64,000 nucleotides of DNA. Source: Candidatus Binatia bacterium. Its GTDB lineage: Bacteria; Chloroflexota; Dormibacteria; Aeolococcales; Aeolococcaceae. The notes beneath the pieces are model-generated. The model was not told the DNA's origin. It was given only the letters and a program-made list of their open reading frames with translations, and ran no database searches. The stretch lies in assembly GCA_035624785.1 (NCBI GenBank), contig DASPQV010000016.1, positions 22,550-86,549 on the forward strand, given 5' to 3'. Positions within the stretch are counted from its first letter, which is position 1; every line of letters starts with the position of its first letter. Made by a program: the position numbers and the translations under genes. Positions 58,648 through 64,000 of the stretch are shown here, piece after piece.

Positions 58648-59169
58648 TCAGACCGTGACGACCTCGCCCTCGACCTGCTGGACCTCGACCTCGGTGAGCT
58701 GATCGACCCGGCGAAGCGTGCTCGGATCGGTGAGCCGGTCGGTGAAGAGGATGCCATCCAGGTGGTCGATCTCATGCTGGATGGCACGGGCCAGCAGACC
58801 GCTCCCCTTGACCCGCACCGGCTTGCCGTGACGGTTGATGGCCTTGCAGACGACCTTCTCGGACCGCTTGACCTCCCCGACCATGCCCGGGATCGAGAGA
58901 CAGCCCTCGTAGCCGACCTGCTCGCCCTCCTGCTTGATGATCTCGGGATTGGCGAGGTGGAATAGCTGGTTGTCGACCTTGATGGTGATGACCCGCAGGG
59001 ACACGTCGACCTGGGGCGCAGCGAGGCCGACACCCGGAGCCGCGATCATCGTCTCCATCATGTCGTCCATGAGCTTCCGCACCGAATCGTCCACCTTGCC
59101 GACACGAGGCGCGCGCCGGCGGAGGACAGGGTTGTCCTCGCTCACGGTGACGATGTGGAGGAGGGTCAC
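58648..59169 (-). CDS. def: Peptide deformylase
   Basis: GVGLAAPQV, EGCLS and HEIDHLDG motifs. Confidence 0.9.
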   Translation of the reverse strand: MTLLHIVTVSEDNPVLRRRAPRVGKVDDSVRKLMDDMMETMIAAPGVGLAAPQVDVSLRVITIKVDNQLFHLANPEIIKQEGEQVGYEGCLSIPGMVGEVKRSEKVVCKAINRHGKPVRVKGSGLLARAIQHEIDHLDGILFTDRLTDPSTLRRVDQLTEVEVQQVEGEVVTV

Positions 59170-59199
59170 GGGTGGGCTCCTTGGACGGCGCCGGCGCCG

Positions 59200-61218
59200 T
59201 CACATCGAGGGGTCGACGTCGATGCTCCAGCCCCGTCCGCGGGGCAGGTGGGGAAACGCCCTCTCGATCTCGGTCCCTCGCACCGTCACCTGCCAGCGGT
59301 ACTGGCCACGGAGCCGGTGCAGGAAGGCGGGCGTCGGGCCGAGGACGTCCAGCCCGGCACTGGGCCCGAGGATAGCAGAGAGCTCTCCGGCGCAACGCCG
59401 GGCCGCCGCCTCCGCGGCGGCGTCATCGGCGTGGCTCATGGTGCAGGTGACCAGCCGGGCATAGGGGGGAAACCGGTGCGCCCGGCGGACTCGGATCTCG
59501 TCGTGGGCGAATCCGAGGTAGTCGTGGGTGAGGGCGTGGCGTACCGCATAGTGGTCCGGGCTGTAGGTCTGGAGAATGACCCGGGCCGGCTCGTCACCCC
59601 GACCGGCGCGCCCGGCGACCTGGGTCAGCAGCGAGAAGGTGACCTCGCCGCTGCGATAGTCGGGGAAGTGGAGAGACGTGTCGGCGTTGACGATGCCGAC
59701 CAGGCGCACCCTGCCCAGGTCCCAGCCCTTGGCCACCATCTGGGTGCCGATCAGGCAGTCCGCATCCCCGGCTCGGAACCGCTCGTAGATCTCGAAGTAG
59801 GCGTCACGACGCTGCACGGTGTCGCGGTCCATGCGCAGCAGCCGGAGCCCCGGGAAGAGCTCGGCCACCTCCGCCTGGAGACGCTCGGTGCCCATGCCCA
59901 GTCCCCGGATGGCGGTGGATCCACAGCCTGGGCAGCGCTCGGGGAGCGGCCGTGACAGGCCACAGTAGTGGCAGTCGCAGCGCTGCCTCCCGGCGTGGTA
60001 GACGAGCGAGACGCTGCAGTGAGGACAGCCCAGCGGCTCGCCGCAGCTCCGGCAGAGCACGACCGTGGCCGTCCCCCGCCGGTTGAGATAGAGGATCGCC
60101 TGCCCCCTCTCGGCGCGGCACTCCTCCATGGCCCGCACCAGTGCCTGCGAGAGGGGGCTTCGGTTCCCCGCTCGCAGCTCCTCCCTGAGGTCCACCACCT
60201 CGATCGGCGGCAGAGCGCGCCCGGTGATCCGCTCCGGCAGGGTGGCCAGCTCCAGCGCGCCGGTGCGAGCCTGGAAGTAGCTCTCGACGCGGGGAGTGGC
60301 GCTGCCCAGGACAACGGGGATGGAGAGGCGACGGCCCAGCTCCAGGGCGGTGTCGACCGCGTGGTACCGGGGAACCCGGTCCTGCTTGTAGGCGGATGCG
60401 TCCTCCTCATCCACGACGATGACGCCGAGCCGGGGCAGGGGAGCGAAGACGGCGCTGCGTGAGCCCACCACGACGTCGACGGCGCCGCGGCGGGCGCGGC
60501 TCCACTCCTGGGCGCGCTCGGCGTCAGTGAGGGCGGAGTGGATGACCGCCAGCCTGCCCGGGAAGCGGCTGGAGAAGCGGCGGATCATCTGCGGGGTCAG
60601 GGCGATCTCCGGGACCAGGCAGACGGCCTGCCGGCCGCGGGCCAGGGCGGCGTCGATGGCGGCGAGGTAGACCTCGGTCTTGCCGCTGCCGGTCACACCA
60701 TGGAGGAGGACCCCGCAGTGGCTGCCCGCCGCCACCGCCGCGAGCAGTGGGGACACGGCCTGCCGCTGAGCCTCGGACAGCGCGGGCGGCTCGTCCCGCC
60801 GCGCTCCGGAGCGTGCCGCCGCCACCGCCGCCGAGGTCGACCTGGGGCCCCGGCGCCGGGCGCTGTCCGGCTCTCCGGTCCTCGCCCCCTTGGGGATCAT
60901 GGCCTTGAGCACCTCGGGAAGCGGAGCGCAGTACCGGCTCGCCACCCACTCGGCCAGCCCCACCAGGACGGCGGGGAGAAGTGGCTCCTCCTCGACGACG
61001 CCGGCGATGGGCCGGACGTCGGCGAGGTCGCACCGGCTGGAGACGGCCACCACCAGCCCGGAGAGGGTGCGAGCGCCGAAGGGTACCCGGACCCGCGCCC
61101 CGGGTACCACCCGGGCGCCCAGCTCGGGCGGCACGGCATAGGTGTACCGCTCCTGGGGCAGCATGCCCCGGCTGTCCGGAACCACCAAGGCGAACACCGG
61201 TGCGGTCACGCCCAGCAT
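59200..61218 (-). CDS. priA: Primosomal protein N' (PriA helicase)
   Basis: Walker A LLHGVTGSGKTEVYL; Zn-finger CPHCSVSLVYH..CHYCG. The N-terminal ..ERYTYAVPPELGARVVPGARVRVPFG.. matches PriA. Start chosen at ATG 61218. Confidence 0.85.
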   Translation of the reverse strand: MLGVTAPVFALVVPDSRGMLPQERYTYAVPPELGARVVPGARVRVPFGARTLSGLVVAVSSRCDLADVRPIAGVVEEEPLLPAVLVGLAEWVASRYCAPLPEVLKAMIPKGARTGEPDSARRRGPRSTSAAVAAARSGARRDEPPALSEAQRQAVSPLLAAVAAGSHCGVLLHGVTGSGKTEVYLAAIDAALARGRQAVCLVPEIALTPQMIRRFSSRFPGRLAVIHSALTDAERAQEWSRARRGAVDVVVGSRSAVFAPLPRLGVIVVDEEDASAYKQDRVPRYHAVDTALELGRRLSIPVVLGSATPRVESYFQARTGALELATLPERITGRALPPIEVVDLREELRAGNRSPLSQALVRAMEECRAERGQAILYLNRRGTATVVLCRSCGEPLGCPHCSVSLVYHAGRQRCDCHYCGLSRPLPERCPGCGSTAIRGLGMGTERLQAEVAELFPGLRLLRMDRDTVQRRDAYFEIYERFRAGDADCLIGTQMVAKGWDLGRVRLVGIVNADTSLHFPDYRSGEVTFSLLTQVAGRAGRGDEPARVILQTYSPDHYAVRHALTHDYLGFAHDEIRVRRAHRFPPYARLVTCTMSHADDAAAEAAARRCAGELSAILGPSAGLDVLGPTPAFLHRLRGQYRWQVTVRGTEIERAFPHLPRGRGWSIDVDPSM

Positions 61219-61387
61219 GATGCGCCAGCTCCAGCGGGTCAGGCCAGGCAGCGACCCCGGCTGCCGACCCCCGGCAAGTCGACGGCCGGCCCCCGGGGCT
61301 GGTTGCCGAGCGCCGCCGGAGCTGGCCTCCCCGTCGCGAACCGCCCCGGGAACCCCACCACCGTCAGTCGCGTCGTAGAGTGCAGAC

Positions 61388-61900
61388 ATGCTCGGATGGC
61401 GGCCGGCTCGACGTCCCGCGATGGCAGGGCGATTGCCGCTCGTCGTGGCCGGCGCTGTGGTGGGGCTCGCGGCCGCCTGCGGCTCGACCCCCACGACCTC
61501 GCCCTCAGTGAACGGCACCAACAACTCGACGCTGGACACCACGGGCCTGACCGAGGTGCAGATCGTCGAGTCCCGGCCTCTGCCGCCGCCCTACGACACC
61601 GCCCAGGCGATCCTCGACTCCCCCGCCGACCTCGCCAGCTTCGCCCAGCTGGCGCAGCAGCATCACATCGAAGTCTCGGTCATCACCCAACAGCTCCAGC
61701 CGGGATGCACCGGCGGTGCCGAGTACACGATCACCGTCGAACGGGCGGACGGCTCGCAGACGGTGCTCACCCTCGACGAGTGCGGCGGCCAGAGTGCCGG
61801 CAACATCGCCGGCGACGCCACCGGCTTCATCGAGGACCTGACCGCGCAGTTCCCCCTGGCAGCGCCGAGCGCGTCACCGTCAGCCAGCGCCAGCACCTGA
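61388..61900 (+). CDS. Putative lipoprotein
   Basis: Signal peptide with a lipobox (LVVAGAVVGLAAACGSTP), followed by a Thr/Ser-rich mature region. Confidence 0.5.
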   Translation: MLGWRPARRPAMAGRLPLVVAGAVVGLAAACGSTPTTSPSVNGTNNSTLDTTGLTEVQIVESRPLPPPYDTAQAILDSPADLASFAQLAQQHHIEVSVITQQLQPGCTGGAEYTITVERADGSQTVLTLDECGGQSAGNIAGDATGFIEDLTAQFPLAAPSASPSASAST

Positions 61901-62039
61901 CCACTCGCCCGGCGGCCAGCTGACCGAGCCGGGACCGGCTCACCGCGCCTCTAGCGGTCAGGGACTGTTATGTCCACGACTGGGACAAGTGAGGGGGACG
62001 CATCTCGCCTGCTCCGCCGTCTCAAACGAGGGGCCTGGG

Positions 62040-62729
62040 TCAGCCGGCGGGCCCGGGCCGGCGAGCCGGAAGGCGCGCCACCAGGAGGGCCACCAGCCGG
62101 CGGGCGACCTCCAGCTTGGGGGCGCGCTCCACGGTCAGGACGACACCATCGCGGTCGAGGACGGTGATCGCGTTGTCGGCGGCGCCCATGCCCACCCCCG
62201 GTACCCCGACGTCATTGAGAACGACCAGATCCAGGCCCTTGCGGCGCAGCTTCTCGGCGGCGTTGGCCAGCAGGTCGTCGGTCTCGGCGGCGAACCCGAC
62301 CAGGAGGAGCCGCGCCCGACGGGGGTGCTCGGCGAGCGAGGCCAGGATGTCGACGGTGGGGACCAGCTCCAGGGTCATCCCCTCGTCCGACTTCTTGAGC
62401 TTCCGGTGGTGGGCGTGGCGGGGACGGTAGTCGGAGACCGCCGCCGCCATCAGCAGCAGGTCGGCGGTGTCCAGGGCGGCCCAGACCGCCCGACCCATCT
62501 CCTCGGCCGTCTCCACCTCGGTGACCCCCAACCCGGCCGCCGGCGGAGGCGGCGGCGCAGCGGTGATCAGCGCCACCTCCGCCCCGGCCTCCAGGAGCGC
62601 GGCCGCCAAGGCGGTGCCCATCCGGCCGCTCGAGCGGTTGGAGATGTAGCGGACAGCGTCGATCGGCTCCCGGGTTCCACCCGCGGTGACCACCGCCCGC
62701 AGACCGGCGAGCGGCAACCCGGCGCTCAT
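62040..62729 (-). CDS. coaB: Phosphopantothenate--cysteine ligase (CoaB), separate gene
   Basis: AVVTAGGTREPIDAVRYISNRSSGRMG.. ATG 62729 overlaps the coaC stop (ATGA). Confidence 0.8.
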   Translation of the reverse strand: MSAGLPLAGLRAVVTAGGTREPIDAVRYISNRSSGRMGTALAAALLEAGAEVALITAAPPPPPAAGLGVTEVETAEEMGRAVWAALDTADLLLMAAAVSDYRPRHAHHRKLKKSDEGMTLELVPTVDILASLAEHPRRARLLLVGFAAETDDLLANAAEKLRRKGLDLVVLNDVGVPGVGMGAADNAITVLDRDGVVLTVERAPKLEVARRLVALLVARLPARRPGPAG

Positions 62730-63328
62730 CCTCCAGCCGCCCGCCGCAGCAGCGCCACGGCGGCCGCGACGATGGCATCGGGCTCGGCCATCCGGCCAAG
62801 TCCCTCTCTCCCGCTGGCCAGCCGGCCGGTGACCGGCCCAACCTGGGCCACCCCGCGGCTCCGCAGCGTCTCGACGTGAGCCGCGGTGGCCGGATGCTCC
62901 CACATCGCCGTCTCCATGGCTGGGGCGATGAGCATCGGCGCCCGGCAGGCGAGGGCGGTTGCGGTGACCGCATCGTCGGCCAGCCCCAGGGCAAGGCGAG
63001 CGATCAGGTTGGCGGAGGCGGCGACCACCACCTGGAGCTCTGCCCACTGGGACAGGCTCAGGTGCTCCATCCCGGCACCGGGCTCCGGAGGATCGAAGAG
63101 GTCGGTCACCACGGCATGCCCGGAGAGGCTGCGCAGAGTCAGGGGGCCGACGAACTGGGTGGCGGCCCGGGTCATCGCCACCCGGACGTCCGCGCCGCGA
63201 CGGCGCAGCAGGGTGACCACGTCCGCGGCTTTGTATGCGGCCACGCTTCCTCCCACGTGGACGAGGACGCGCCGCTGCGAAAGGTCGCCCGCCACGGCGG
63301 TCTCACCGGCTGGAGTGGTTGCGCTCAT
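62726..63328 (-). CDS. coaC: Phosphopantothenoylcysteine decarboxylase (CoaC flavoprotein), separate gene
   Basis: VLVHVGGSVAAYKAADVVTLLRRRGADVRVAMTRAA.. ATG overlaps the gmk stop. Confidence 0.8.
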   Translation of the reverse strand: MSATTPAGETAVAGDLSQRRVLVHVGGSVAAYKAADVVTLLRRRGADVRVAMTRAATQFVGPLTLRSLSGHAVVTDLFDPPEPGAGMEHLSLSQWAELQVVVAASANLIARLALGLADDAVTATALACRAPMLIAPAMETAMWEHPATAAHVETLRSRGVAQVGPVTGRLASGREGLGRMAEPDAIVAAAVALLRRAAGG

Positions 63329-63972
63329 GGTCTGCTCGCCTCCGCCCGCCTGCTCTCCACGATGTCGAGGATCTCGCGGGCAGCCCGGCGGACATCGTCG
63401 TTGACCACGCGGTGGTCGTATCGGTCCTGCTCGGCCAGCTCCCGCTGGGCGTTGGCCCAGCGGAGCTCCAGGCTCTCAGCCGACTCGGTGGCCCGCTCCT
63501 CGAGCCGCCGGCGCAGCTCCTCCAGGCTGGGAGGCAGCAGGAAGATGAAGATCGCCCCCTCGACCCGCCGGCGCACCCAGGCCGCTCCCTGAACGTCGAT
63601 CTTGAGCACGATGTCCTCGCCGCGGTCCAGGCTGGCCCGCACCCGCGCCTCCGCGGTCCCGTACCAATGTCCGTGGACCCTCGCGTACTCGAGGAGCTCG
63701 CGGCGCTCGATCATGGCCGCGAACTCCGGCTCGCTGACGAAGGAGTAGGAGGCGCCGTCCGTCTCGCCGGCGCGTGGCGGCCGGGTCGTGTAGGAGATCG
63801 AGTAGTTGAGCCGTGGAGCGATCCGGAAGACCTCCCGGAGGACGGTGTCCTTGCCCACCCCGCTGGGGCCGGAGATGACCACCAGCCGCCCGGGGGTGGT
63901 GGACAGGCGGGGATGGGAGCCGCCGTCGGGCGAATCGACCGGCGGGCTCGTGCCGCCGCCCCCCAGGGTCAC
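63325..63972 (-). CDS. gmk: Guanylate kinase
   Basis: P-loop ISGPSGVGKDTV..YTTRPPRAGE. Confidence 0.85.
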   Translation of the reverse strand: MTLGGGGTSPPVDSPDGGSHPRLSTTPGRLVVISGPSGVGKDTVLREVFRIAPRLNYSISYTTRPPRAGETDGASYSFVSEPEFAAMIERRELLEYARVHGHWYGTAEARVRASLDRGEDIVLKIDVQGAAWVRRRVEGAIFIFLLPPSLEELRRRLEERATESAESLELRWANAQRELAEQDRYDHRVVNDDVRRAAREILDIVESRRAEASRP

Positions 63973-64000
63973 AACCGGCCCTCCCTCGCCGCCTCGCGCA

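Overview
This is a high-GC (about 70%) bacterial chromosomal segment made up mostly of core housekeeping genes. Codon bias and residue composition suggest an actinobacterial or Chloroflexi-like organism. I found no transposase, integrase, CRISPR array or obvious prophage.

Confidently recognisable genes and loci:
- tRNA-Leu(CAA).
- A complete molybdenum-cofactor locus: moaA on the + strand, and mogA, a moaD-moaE-moaC fusion, moeA and mobA on the - strand, with fdhD adjacent.
- aroK.
- A ParA/MinD-like ATPase with a long Pro-rich N-terminus, followed by a small methyltransferase and lgt.
- A tandem yggT.
- dnaE, asnA, an RlmD-type methyltransferase, and gatC-gatA-gatB.
- pcm, a solitary dnaK and a solitary clpP.
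- A HIT-family protein, pirin, a quinone oxidoreductase and a TrpB2-like protein.
- tmRNA (ssrA), with smpB about 6 kb away.
- An AlkA-like glycosylase, and a divergent MFS transporter/ArsR pair.
- mgsA, hflX and fmt.
- A KduI/IolB-like isomerase with an SDR.
- def and priA.
- gmk with a split coaC/coaB.

Accessory-looking content:
- (a) A processive GT2 polysaccharide-synthase module. It is flanked by two paralogous proteins of an unrecognised family, one of them a lipoprotein. A RapZ-like protein with a degenerate Walker A motif and a HlyD-like adaptor lie next to it.
- (b) A beta-class DNA methyltransferase translationally coupled to an anSME-type radical-SAM/SPASM enzyme that carries a C-terminal SEC-C zinc-ribbon tail. 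No restriction enzyme or sulfatase is nearby.
- (c) A large secreted Kelch beta-propeller protein with a Cys-rich insert.

Caveats:
- Many starts were re-derived by hand and may be off by a few codons.
- Start/stop overlaps (ATGA/GTGA) are frequent at gene junctions.
- Several very long antisense ORFs in the ORF track are GC-driven artefacts.
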